This document shows, one piece after another, positions 32,553 through 44,900 of a stretch of DNA of 57,473 nucleotides. The notes beneath the pieces were generated by a model. That model saw only the letters and a list, made by a program, of their open reading frames with translations. It had not been told where the DNA came from and searched no databases. Made by a program: the position numbers and the translations under genes. Origin of the DNA: Octopus bimaculoides (taxonomy: Eukaryota); assembly GCF_001194135.2 (NCBI RefSeq), contig NC_069003.1, positions 25,354,372-25,411,844 of the forward strand, written 5' to 3'. Numbering within the stretch: position 1 is the stretch's first letter; every line of letters begins with the position of its first letter.

Positions 32553-32988
32553 TAAATGATGAAAATGGGTGCTCAACACTGCATTGGTGGATAAAGGCTA
32601 CCATTGCTTTCATTTTAAGAAAGATATCTTAATTTTTCAAGCCAATCACATGGATCATATATACGTATGTATGTATATATTCTTCAAACACACACAAATT
32701 AATTAGCGCAATATAAAATCAGTGTTTTTAAAACAGCTTTCATTGTTAATATTAATGACTGAAATTCAGTTCAATTAATACATAAGAATGCTAATAAAAC
32801 AACCTTTTGACAAATGTATGTCACTGTTGGTGACAAATAGAATAACTGAATATTATTATTATTTAATAAATTGAAATTGATTTATCTGTTTTTTTTTTAT
32901 TTACTGACTTCAGTTCCTTGCGTGTGTCACTGAGTGCTCAAATACATTTCACTGTGGCTGTGAATAAGTGTAACAATATGCTCTAAAA

Positions 32989-33234
32989 CAGGGGTTTTCA
33001 AACTTTTTGACTTGCGGACCCCTTTATAAACGCTTATGAAATTTATACATAAATATTTGCTTAAAATAACATATTTTTGCATTGATTTATTTAACAGTAT
33101 TTAACAAATAGGTTTATTCTCAATTAAAAGATTTCGATTAAAAAGCATATATAAAATCAAATTGCCCATAAAAAGTATTTGCTGTCTACGGACCCCCTGT
33201 CTTGTCCTTGCGGACCACAGTTTGAAAACCCCTG
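32989..33234. mobile_element. hAT MITE with perfect 8-bp TSD
   Basis: TSD CTCTAAAA; perfect TIR CAGGGGTTTTCAAACT/AGTTTGAAAACCCCTG. Confidence 0.95.
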
Positions 33235-34166
33235 CTCTAAAATGTCTTTTTTTTTTTGCGAGTGTTTGTCAGTTAGTATGAGTGCAGGGGCTCTATCATG
33301 GCCTTGACAATTACTGAGATAATCGTTTAATGTCCCTTTTTATTTTTCCATGCTTACATGGGTCACAAAGAAATTGTTGAGGTATATTTTCTACAGCTGG
33401 ATGCCTTTCCTCTCACCAACCCTCACCTGTTTCTAATAAACGGTAACATTTTCTCAGAAGACTGGAAACAACCTCTCTTGTATGATGATGATGATGATAC
33501 TCATTTACAATCCTCATATGATGTCTAGACAAGAGTACATACAAACACTCACACATTCATACACACTCACATACTTGTATATATATATGTGTGTGTGAAG
33601 CCAAGTGAGGTTGTAGTTGTGGCCAGTGCCGTGTAACTGGCATTTAAAGAGCACCCTTTAAATGTGGGGCAATATGCTGTGCTTGAGAAAACCTGTGGAG
33701 TCATAGTTGTGGCCGATGCCAGTGCAGTCTGATTGGCACCTGTGCCACTGGCATATAAAAAGCACCATTCGAGCATTGAACTTCACTGAGGCAGTGGCAG
33801 GTGATATACTGTCATTGTGAAGACCTGTCAAGCTAAGTGAGATCATAGGTGTGTGTGTGATTAGGATAAATCCCAGCTGTTTCCTCTTGAAGCATATCTA
33901 CTTATTCTTACAATTCAATATGTAGCCTCATTTGCTTCTGTAAGTTCAAAATACATATTTTTTTATATTTATTCATCATTACATGTGTTTCATTTGCTAA
34001 TAGGAATTACAAAGTTTTATATGTAAGGAATTTCCTATTAGAAATTAGCTAATACATTATGTATACCTTTTCCAGCCATTGGATCAGCTATGTTACAAGG
34101 ATATACACAAACCAGCACCAGTTGTCAAGAAATGGTGGTGGACAAACACACAGATGTGTGTATGTA

Positions 34167-34208
<42 letters not shown>

Positions 34209-35395
34209 AGTCAGTAAATAGTGGGGTTATGTTAACTGCACGTGGAGAAATAATAGGAAAATGAAAAATAATAATAAGGCAGAATGCTAAACTGGAAGCA
34301 TATTTTAATAAAGATTCCTAACCGGCTTTCATTGCATGGCAAATTTTCAAGAAGAGGGAGAATGAAAATGTTTTTTTACAAAAGATTTTTTAAATAATAT
34401 ATAAAAAAATAAATATACCAATACATTATATTGTCTTTGAGCTTTTAAAGTTCAATGGTAATTCATGTAGATAATGGTTGGAAAAATAAGGATGCATGAA
34501 AATTGAGAGTTGTGTTAGGTTTAAAAAAAGAGAAAAGGGGCTAAAAGTGTGTGTTAAGCAGGAAGTGTGGTGTCAAAACAGGAAGTTTGTGTAAGGGGAG
34601 ACAAATCCTTTTAGTTGGAGTTATGAACTCTTTTTCAACAGGAAGTTTATCACACACACACACACATATGCATGTCTATGTATATGGTCAGGGGTACCTT
34701 AGGTTTTGAAATCCATATTTGTAGGCAATTATTTAATGCCTACATTTCCTATGGATCTCTCATCAGTCCCAAATAAGATGGCGATGTTAACTTGAGATCA
34801 CATGATTCAAAGGGACAGAATACAATAACAGAACTATTGCACTGATAAGCCACTGTTGCGAAATCCTACTCAAAATCATCTCAAACAGAATAAAAACAAA
34901 TCCAGAAGAAATTAATGAAGAACAGATGTATATGATGCAGTATACATACATACACTGCACATACTAGAAGATATGATGAATGCTGACATACTGTGATTAG
35001 TATTATGATAAATGTTCACTTAAACCCGGAAGAGGAACAAGAAACCAGATATTGAACATTAATTAAAATGGTAACTGTAAAAAATCATAAATTGAAGAAT
35101 GATGGATATTAATATTAAACATGGACCTATGACTATTATTAGGTAAAGACCATGGTCTTTACCTAAGTTCCTCTCCGAGACAAAAGTCCAGGCAAGGTTG
35201 TTTATCAGATTGGAACCTGGTGCATACTTTACACCTTCGAGCTATACAAATTTGAAACCAAACAATTGTTGAGAAAAAAGGTAAAGGCTACATGTAAATT
35301 TAGACCCCCTTCAGTCATAAATGACCATGGGATTGCACCTCGAAAGTTCCCCTCCAAAGCATACGTCCAGGCAAAGTTGTTTATGGAAAACCAGC

Positions 35396-35652
35396 AGGAG
35401 TGGCTGTGTGGTAAGTAGCTTGCTTACCAACGACATGGTTCTGGGTTCAGTCCCACTGCATGGCACCTTGGGCAAGTGTCTTCTACTATAGCTTCGGGCC
35501 GATCAAAGCCTTGTGAGTGGATTTGGTAGATGGAAACTGAAAGAAGCCCGTCGTATATATGTGTATCTATGTGTGTGTGTATGTTTGTGTGTCTGTGTTT
35601 GTTCCCCCAACATCGCTTGACAACCAATGCTGGTGTGTTTACGTCCCCATAA
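35396..35652 (+). mobile_element. SINE family A, 3'-truncated
   Basis: Homology. Confidence 0.88.
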
Positions 35653-36126
35653 CAGAGAGAGAGAGAGAGGCCATTTCTGGATTGTAGGGGGTTAGCAAAC
35701 CAGTCTGTATCTTTTGAGATTATGAGCCCACAGAAAGCTACTGATCAACCACAGAAAAAAAATACCCCTAATTATTCTTAAGAAGTGAAAATGAGAATCT
35801 TACTCAGAAAGATCAAATGATACCAGTACAGGTCAATGAAAATATGAGAACTGAAGAACCACCCAGCTAAAAGGAAATGCATGCAGATAGTGCATGCATC
35901 ATTACCGATGAGACTAATTCTTGTGAGACAGAGTATGAGCTCAATTGGAGGGACCCGACAGTACCCAGAACCTCCTGATAACACAAGCCACTGATCCATG
36001 CAAAGAAACCACGTTGTCAAGTAAATGGTTGAAAGGTAACAAGAAGGAGAAGTTTTAATTTGACAAAGATGTTGACTGCAAATGACCAATGGGGAAATTG
36101 ATTGGCATAAGTGGAACTGAAGAGCT

Positions 36127-36938
36127 TGAGGTGACAGTTCAAAGAGGAGGAGGAGGAGGAGAAGTGGCAGTTCAAAGAGGAGGTGGAGGAGAGGTGGAAG
36201 TTCAAAGAGGAGGAGGAGGAGGAGGAGAAGTGGCAGTTCAAAGAGGAGGTGGAAGTTNNNNNNNNNNNNNNNNNNNNNNNNNNNNNNNNNNNNNNNNNNN
36301 NNNNNNNNNNNNNNNNNNNNNNNNNNNNNNNNNNNNNNNNNNNNNNNNNNNNNNNNNNNNNNNNNNNNNNNNNNNNNNNNNNNNNNNNNNNNNNNNNNNN
36401 NNNNNNNNNNNNNNNNNNNNNNNNNNNNNNNNNNNNNNNNNNNNNNNNNNNNNNNNNNNNNNNNNNNNNNNNNNNNNNNNNNNNNNNNNNNNNNNNNNNN
36501 NNNNNNNNNNNNNNNNNNNNNNNNNNNNNNNNNNNNNNNNNNNNNNNNNNNNNNNNNNNNNNNNNNNNNNNNNNNNNNNNNNNNNNNNNNNNNNNNNNNN
36601 NNNNNNNNNNNNNNNNNNNNNNNNNNNNNNNNNNNNNNNNNNNNNNNNNNNNNNNNNNNNNNNNNNNNNNNNNNNNNNNNNNNNNNNNNNNNNNNNNNNN
36701 NNNNNNNNNNNNNNNNNNNNNNNNNNNNNNNNNNNNNNNNNNNNNNNNNNNNNNNNNNNNNNNNNNNNNNNNNNNNNNNNNNNNNNNNNNNNNNNNNNNN
36801 NNNNNNNNNNNNNNNNNNNNNNNNNNNNNNNNNNNNNNNNNNNNNNNNNNNNNNNNNNNNNNNNNNNNNNNGGAGGAGAGGTGGCAGTTCAAAGAGGAGG
36901 AGGAGAGGTGGCAGTTCAAAGGAGGAGGAGGAGAGGTG
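36127..36938 (+). repeat. GA-rich minisatellite, unit about 27-33 bp (GAGGTGGCAGTTCAAA(GAG)n), spanning a 614-N gap
   Basis: Same unit on both sides of the gap. Confidence 0.93.
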
Positions 36939-37104
36939 AATGTTCACAAGCAGCACAGCATTCTCTGCAAAAATGCTGATGACTAGGAAGTAGAAAAGGA
37001 AGTCACAGGAGCCATACTACTTTTCTAGTGCACCCATTTGTTTTTAATTAACAGCTATGAGAGCAGAGGAACAGTGGCCCACTTATTTGCTTCATTGCCT
37101 AGAG

Positions 37105-37340
37105 CAGTGGTTCCCAAACGTTTTTGAACTGCTTCCCCCTTGACATCCAGGCCATGTTCCTAGCGCCTCCACCCCAACTAACCATCACAAATATAGACCT
37201 CTTTCTGAAGCAAATTCAAAGCAACTGTATTTCACAAATAAAACTTAGCCAAATGAGCCCATTATTTTATTGTTTTTACATAAATCACTACCCCATTATC
37301 AGGGGCGGAGGGGAATTACCGCCCACTTTGGGAATCACTG
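37105..37340. mobile_element. hAT MITE with perfect 8-bp TSD
   Basis: TSD GCCTAGAG; TIR CAGTGGTTCCCAAA/TTTGGGAATCACTG. Confidence 0.93.
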
Positions 37341-37874
37341 GCCTAGAGGTATAGACACCTGGATACCTATAAGAAAACATCCAGTAAGAGCAATCTGAGC
37401 TGCTGTAAGTCCACAATTAATCTGTCAACATAAATATTGGATTTTAACAAGAATCCAGATGGAAAGAGGTATAGAAAGGAGTCCTGGAGGTAAGAACAAC
37501 CTCAGGCCTCCACACTGAGTAGAAGACCTTACAAGGTATACAAGAACTGCACAAGGATGCTTCACAGACTAGAAAATTCTGGAGGTGATATGGAGGATAG
37601 GCAAGATAGGTCATCTGTGGAGGTGCATTGAAGGAGTTGCTGAACATTGTTCAGTTCAGATCTATCTCACTGCTCAGTGTTGAGGAGAAGATATTCTTCA
37701 AACTCTGTTGCCAGGTGCCTGACAGACTACCTTCTATATCACACCCACGTAGTTAGTTTGGTCCAGTAAGGAGGGGATTCCGAATGCACCAAGGTGTCTG
37801 GAGCACATGTGCATAACCACCCAGTTGATCAGGAAACCTGAAAGGTAAGAAGAAAGTGATTATACTATATAGGT

Positions 37875-38365
37875 CAGTGGTTCCCAAACTTTTTAGAGAC
37901 GCGACCCACTATTTATGACACCAGTTTATGGTGACTCACTTAACTCTACTGGGTTAGGGTTATATTAAATGTGAAACAAAACGTTTTATAACTGTTTCAA
38001 CGTCTCCATACCCTATGGGCAGGTATTAACTCTAATAAAAAACCTCGAAGCAGTAACTGTTATCGGCTCGATCAGTGTTGTACTGCGCCTAGTTTAAAGT
38101 TCTCTAGAAATAGGTAAAAACAGACTTTTCCTTTTTACGATTACGTACAAATAAATAACTTGAGAAAATGACCACCTCTGATTTGATAAGTTTGTGGCAA
38201 AAGCCTACTGCTTGATAAAACAACCAGTCTGGTATTGAAAACATGTGTCTTGAACTATCTCGATAGACAGCAGTTAATCAAAGCTAATGCGTAACTTTTT
38301 GCGACCCACTAGGATTCCGTTCACGACCCATCAGTGGGTCGCGACTCATAGTTTGGGAACCACAG
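37875..38365. mobile_element. hAT MITE
   Basis: TIR CAGTGGTTCCCAAAC/GTTTGGGAACCACAG, subterminal GCGACCCAC; TSD decayed. Confidence 0.85.
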
Positions 38366-39304
38366 CTACAGATGAACCTGGCAAACACATTTGGTTGAAG
38401 AGGCACCATGTTGCAATCAGGCTTAGGGGTCTCATTCTGGACTTCTATAACAGCTTTATTGGATATACCTTTTCCAATTACCCTTTTTTCTCTTCACCAT
38501 GAATATGTCAGTAAAGTCTGCTGAGATTCAGTACAGTTATAGAGTGCTTGAGATGCAGTGTCTCATGGAAGAGTTGGAGTCAGCCTGGTAGAAGTACAAA
38601 ACTATGTTACAAACTGCTTGGGGAAGAAAGGAGACCAGTGATCCAGGATGAGGTGTGAGCATCAGTCAAAGAAGAGCAAACCAGCTAAACTGTTGGAATG
38701 TAACAGTAGGGGACTGAGACAAGGTGGAATAAAACAGTAGAGTGCAGTCTCATAGTCTTCCTGATGAATATAATTCTGGCAGAATTCTGGTTTAAAGACC
38801 CCATATAACCCCTCGTTACTTATTTTATTTTTTGGAACTTTCAGAACTTTCAAGGGAGTTTATACAATTAAGCAAAGTATTTTTTATTTTTAAACCTCTG
38901 CCCTATAATTCCTAAAAGTTCCACTCTTCGATTTTTTTTTTTTTTTATCAGAGTTTAAAATACATACAGTCCAAATAATGTTTTGCTTAAATCCCAACAA
39001 AGGACCACCCTTGGGTGCATCGTCATTCCATTAAATGTGTTTACAGGGAGAAAAATATCAAAAACATCTAATACATATCNNNNNNNNNNTTTTTTTTTTT
39101 TTTTTTGCATAACGTTATGAATTCCCATATGTAAAACACAAATTTGCAAAATATTTTCTGAAAACTCCACAAAAAAATAAAGAAGTAATGAGGAGTTTTA
39201 TGGGATGCTTAAACCAAAATTCCAACAAGATTTTTAATCCTAGAATTTTATCACTCTCATTCAATTTGATCAACTGGAGAAGGTGGAGTCTTCTATTATC
39301 AGCT

Positions 39305-40010
39305 CTATGTTTTGGGGAACTTCAGCTTCTTTTGAATCAAACTTTCAGTTCTCAGTGATTTAACTATAGCAATCAGACCATATGTGGTGGTGGCCTTCAC
39401 AACTGGTATCATAACTCCAGTCTTTCTAAAAGCAATGACCTTCTTTAGTTGTTGTTGGCACTCCGTCGCTAATGATGTCGAGGGTTCCAGTTGATCCAAT
39501 CAACGGAACAGCCTACTCGTGAAATTAACGTGCAAGTGGCTGAGCACTCCACATACACGTGTACCCTTAACGTAGTTCTCGGGGATATTCAGTGTGACAC
39601 AGAGTGTGACAAGGCTGACCCTTTGAATTACAGGCACAACAGAAACATGAAGTAAGAGTGAGATAAAGTTGCGGTGAAAGAGTACAGCAGGGTTCGCCAC
39701 CATCCCCTGCCGGAGCCTCGTGGAGCTTTAGGTGTTTTCCCTCAATAAACACTCACAACGCCCGGTCTGGGAATCGAAACCGCGATCCTATGATTGCGAG
39801 TCCGCTGCCCTAACCACTGGGCCATTGCGCCTCCACGACTTTCTTTAGCAGGTGAAGGTGATTATATCTAATCCTACAACAGATGGTGTCCACTATAACA
39901 TTCAGGACTTCCTCAAAGTGGTAATTCTGTGCCTAAGGAGATGAGCCTCAAGACACATACTCAGCTATTTTCCCAATGTTCTAGGTATAAGATATTCTCA
40001 TTACTACGAT
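39305..40010 (-). mobile_element. HERO-like fragment (post-zinc-knuckle region up to LKFP), interrupted by SINE B
   Basis: Minus strand HFEEVLNVIVDTICCRIRYNHLHLLKKVIAFRKTG...GLIA...KKLKFP across the SINE. Confidence 0.72.
39449..39836 (-). mobile_element. SINE family B, full length with 12-bp TSD
   Basis: tRNA-like head with A/B boxes at the right end; TSD GAC(C/T)TTCTTTAG at 39437-39448 and 39837-39848. Confidence 0.94.
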
Positions 40011-40667
40011 GAGGAAGTCTAAGAAGCCACAGCAGACACCCTCTGCGGTGGGATTAACCAGTTAGCATTTAAACCAGCCATATCCAGTCCAAATATTCTG
40101 CTTGTTTCATTTTCAAACTGGCCAGATCCAACCTCTCAAACCTAACCTGCAATGTCATTATAAAAATTAGCAACCATAACTTTGAAATCTCAAAGCTAAG
40201 AAATAATACAGAATTAACTTTAAAGTATCTGAATAAATAAACGTTACATTTGACAAAGTAATCTGAAAATGAAAGGGTTAGATACTTTAATCACCTCCAC
40301 CTACTGAAGGTCATTGCTTGCGTAAAAAGTGGAGTGACAGTAACATTAGCTGCCACGATCACCTTATCTGGTCTGCTAGTCATAATACATTGGAGCAGTG
40401 TTGTAACAGTTTCTCAGCTCTCAGCAAAGGCCTGACATGGTACTGATCTAAGAAGGTTGAAAGCAGATCATCCTATTCTCTGTTCCCTGAGGAAAACCAA
40501 CTCACAAAACACACTGCAAGCACTGTCTGGATGTCTCTCCTCTTTATTTACTGCTACTACAAAGACCCCTACAGAGTTAGCATGTTACATACTACTTCCA
40601 CCTGAGGCAATATGACGTACAAATCTCTTCTCTCTTTTTCCATGCCTTTCCCTCCCTAATGCAACAA

Positions 40668-40990
40668 CTGGCGCTCTTTCAGTTACAACAACAAGGGTTC
40701 CAGTTGATCTGATCAAAGGAACAGTGTGCTCATGAAATTAACATGCAAGTAGCTGAGTACTCCACTGACATGCATACTCTTAACATAGTTTTTAGGGAGA
40801 TTCAGCATGACACAGTGTGATAAAGCTAGCCTTTTAAAGTACAGGTATTACTCATTTTTGCCAGCTGAGTGGACTGGAGCAACGTAAAATAAAATGTCTT
40901 GCTCAAGGACACAATGCACCCCCAAGAATTGAACTCATGACTTTGTAATCATGAGCTGAATCCCCTAACCACTAAGCCACACACCTTCCT
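40668..40990 (-). mobile_element. tRNA-derived SINE with a different core (TGTGTCCTTGAGCAAGAC) and the family-B tail; related head and core at 27745-27850
   Basis: Head GTGGCTTAGTGGTTAG...GAGTTCAATTC on the minus strand. Confidence 0.75.
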
Positions 40991-41760
40991 AATACAATCT
41001 CACATTAACCCACAACAACCAGTCCTTTCTTCTACGAACATCAACCCTCTGCAATTCCCTAACCAACCACATTTTTACTGCTGTCATTTTTTGCCAAATT
41101 ACATCATTATTCTCATCAATCATGGAAGGGCAGTGTCATTGTCACAGCTCCTAGAGTGAGGTCAACTCTTTATACAGGCTTGGTTGAGATAAGATGGGGT
41201 CATCAAAGCTAATTATCTTAGATATACTTTAACAAAGGTAGGGCCTTCAGCTTTTTCTTCAATGGCTCGATGGTTATGGGACTCACCAATTAAATGTCTT
41301 TTCAACGTGTTAATTCCCAATTAAAATTTATGGAACAAGTAAAAAAGCCAGTTTCAGATAAAAGTAAGAAAAGAAAATTAGGTAAAAAAATAAATAAATA
41401 AAAAAAAAGGAAGAAAAAATTAGTTCTAGAGGTCTCTTGTTGATTTGATGAACAATTCTGAATCTGCTGATAGGGTTGTGATGACATTTTTGTTGCTAGT
41501 AGACATTATATGTAATCTGAGAATTTTACAGTCAGGTTTTCAGCATGCTTCTGAATATTATAGAAATATTTTTTTCATGAGAACAATTTTGGGAAGGTCT
41601 GGTAGATATATATTTAAACACAGAAGACACAGGAAAAGAAAATATTGCATATATTTCTTCAAGGAGACCATAAGTGAAAGGACACCACTATATACAGGCA
41701 CACAAACGTATGCATACATAAAATCACTCATAAAATAAACCATAAATGTTCTGATTGAAA

Positions 41761-41948
41761 ATGACTAAAGATAAAGAAATCATTATCCAAGTAAACTTAC
41801 TAGATACTAAACCAGATGAAGAAAAGAGAAATCTAACAGATGTTTTTACAGAGACATGTCCCCAGAAAGGTGTGAATCCTGGATTTTGTGAAGATGAGTG
41901 CACTAATCGAGAATCAGATCTTAATGCTACAGCTAATCAACCTGCAAG
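41761..41948 (+). CDS. SLC16-like exon 1 (hydrophilic N-terminus MTKDKEII...NQPA-R)
   Basis: Open 62 codons, AG|GTAATT donor, phase 2 matches the next exon. Confidence 0.72.
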
Positions 41949-44900
41949 GTAATTAGTATATTAATTTTTCTTTATTGTTGTTGATGATGTTGTTGTGTAG
42001 CCACAGAGTAGCTTTTGTTGAATAGACTTATGGCATTAAGGTAGATAGTGTATGAACTGGGTTTGACCTGCAGATGAAGCATTGCAGATATACAATGTCT
42101 CCATTTGCAGAAGACCATACTGCAAACTGTGACATGCAGTGGAGAATTAAATGGAATACAGTGCAATAGTTTGGGAAACATTCTCTTCTCTCCAGTCTAT
42201 TTCTGTCCAGGTAAGCCATGATTTAGCAGCCTTATAGTCAAAGACATTCCAGTTGTGACCATCCTAGTCTAATGTGACTCCAATTCTCTACATTCTTGAA
42301 CAGTGGTTCTCAACCATTTTTGGGCCAATTTGATTCTTATTTTACTCAACTGGACTTCCATAGCCACTCGATATACATGAAAAAATCCTATCATATTTTT
42401 ATAATTAAATATCATTAGGAACTGTAAAAAAAAAAATTTTAATATTTTGTGTACTGTAGAAGTATAACCAATTTATGGCAGATAAATTTTAACAATCTTA
42501 TATAGACCCTCAAGGGTCATTATGGACACCTAAGGGACATATGGACCCCAGTTGAGAGACTGTCCAAGAGCATGAATTGAGAGAATTTAGCTGCTATTTC
42601 TCACAGATAAAGTAACAACATACAGGCTCCTTTTCTGCTTGTAGATTCTGATGGTGACTGATAAGGTGAACCCAACCAGAGAGTGACATTTGATAATTCT
42701 CTACCCTTGTCATTGATAATGTACAACCAAACTGTTGTGTAGCAATTAACCCTATCTGGTGTGGTTTTTGTTGGTTACTAGATAACCTTATGCAATATAG
42801 GGAGTTTTTGGTTACTGTTCAACCCTGTATGATGTAGAATTTATTTGGTTGCCAATTAACCTCAAGAGCTTTATTGATTACAAGGAAACTCGGACAAGAG
42901 CTTTGTTACATGTTAATCCCATCTAATGCAAAGCTTTGCATAATTAGCAGTTAACCCTGTGCACTGTGAGAGCCTCTCGGTCAGTAATTAACTCTGTGAG
43001 GGCTGTTTTGTTGGTTACACATTAAATGTTAAACCAGCCATATCCAGTCCAAATATTTTACCTGTTTTATGTTCAAATTGCTTGGATGTGGCCTCTCACA
43101 CCTAGCCTACAATGTCATTCTAAAAATAAACAATCATATCATTGAAATCTTGAAGCTACAAGATAATGCATAATTAATTAATTTAGAACAACAGGGATAA
43201 ATATGCATAACATTTGACAGAGTAATCTGAATGTTAAAGAGTTATTGATATGATTCTTCAGAAGAGATCCTCAATCAAAGAGAAGCCTAAAATTTGTGGA
43301 AGTGTGGAAGTTTTCTTGATTGCCATTTTAATTTCTTTGATATTGGTGCCTTCATAATTATCAGCTAACATTTGGTTGTAAGCTTAAGAACATGCACAAT
43401 GTGTAGAAAATCACATAAATAGGCACAACATAGAAAAAAATAATGTTAATAGGCACAGCACACTTATTAAGTAGAGTACTTTCTTTCCAGTAGAAAACAA
43501 CATAGACAAAAAAAAAAAAAAAACAGTACGTACCAAATGCACAAAGCTTGTCTCAGGTGTAAGTCTACTGAAATGATAAAAGTACATTTTATGTTGCTAC
43601 TAAAACAGGTGTTTGTACTACTGTCACACTACTACTACTACTACTGCTACTACAATAAAAATTACTACTATTGCTGCTGCTACAGCTGCTAATACTACTA
43701 CTACATGCTTTTCTTCTCTATTTCCAGGACAGTAAAGTGCACACCAGAGGGTCATACATCCAGTAAATGTTCCTCTTTTATCAAATATCTGGCTTATGTT
43801 TCTATATTATACACCAATGTGTTGAGTTTTGGCATTGCTTCCTCTCTCGGCATTCTATATATCTACCTTATCAGAGAATTTAAAACCACAAAGTCTGAGA
43901 CAGCCATGATAACATCAGCATGTACTGCAACTTTAGGTTGTGGAGGTACGTATTCATTAACTAATAGGGTTTTATTTTTTATTTTAGAATGTTGTTATTT
44001 GTGACATCTGGATAAAGGGGCAGTGTCTACAGTCTTTCTCAGGCCTTCTGAGCCCAGTGAGATTGGTGCAGCTAATAATATTCAGCTTCAACTGTTGCAT
44101 ATCAATGGCACCTGGAGAGATGTGTGCAGGGAGGGAATTTCATTGTTTAGTGTTCTATGAAGAAGGTCTGGTTAATGAAGGGTCTGAGGGTGATAAGAGG
44201 AGAAAGAAGAAACTAGTGAGTCAGAAGTGGTTGAGTGGAGATGGCATGAAGCTAACCAGTTTGTAAAGAACACAGAAGACCACTGTGGTGGTGATAGAAG
44301 AGAGCAGAGAGCATGTGAGTGATTTCCTACTTATTATTCTAATGGCTATTCTTCTCTGGAGGCAGCCTAGGATATCTACAAGGTGCATTCAAGAAGTACT
44401 CTCTCTCTCTCTTTTTATTCTTTTACTTGTTTCAGTCATTTGACTGTGGCCATGCTGGAGCAACGCCTTTAGTCAAGCAAATTGACCCCAGGACTTATTC
44501 TTTAGAAGCCTAGTACTTATTCTATCAGTCTCTTTTGCCAAACTGCTAAGTTACGGGGATGTAAACACACCAGCATCGGTTGTCAAGCGATGTTGGGGGG
44601 ACCAAACACAGACATATACACANNNNNNNNNNTATATATATACGACGGTCTTCTTTCAGTTTCCGTCTACCAAATCCACTCACAAGGCTTTGGTCGGCCC
44701 GAGGCTATAGTAGAAGACAATTGCCCAAGGTGTCACACAATGGGACTGAACCCAGAACCATGTAGTTGATAAGCAAGCTACTTACCACACAGCCACAACT
44801 TTATTTTTTTTTTCGCCCACCAAAACTAATGCTGTGTGGACAAAATCCTTTGGGTGGGATGTGGCACCACCCCATGCGTGCATGAAAATTTTCACACCAG

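Larger units (their letters stand above)
36010..38715 (+). mobile_element. HERO-like non-LTR retrotransposon, decayed ORF (pre-RT region and RT N-terminal half), interrupted by a minisatellite and two hAT MITEs
   Basis: Frameshifted peptides KWLKGNKK..FDKDVD; FLVHPFVF..QL.EQRNSG; PYKVYKNC.RMLHRL.KILEVIWR.G; QFRSISLLSVEEKIFF..ARCLTDYLL; VQ*GGIPNAPRCLEH; NLANTFG; KRHHV...LILDFYNSF; MNMSVKSAE; EERRPVIQDEV*ASVKEE. Confidence 0.85.

Noticed and set aside
36089-36979. Long Gly/Glu-rich ORFs suggesting a structural protein
   Set aside because: Mostly N; open only because the minisatellite lacks stops; embedded in a dead retroelement
39760-39836. tRNA-like sequence with A and B boxes (also at 3109 and 47057)
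   Set aside because: SINE heads: no complete acceptor stem, continuous with a repeated body and TSD
40283-40660. Possible fourth HERO piece (thumb region) on the minus strand
   Set aside because: Only weak motif echoes (KAW...ILP, RAEKLLQH); not supportable without an alignment
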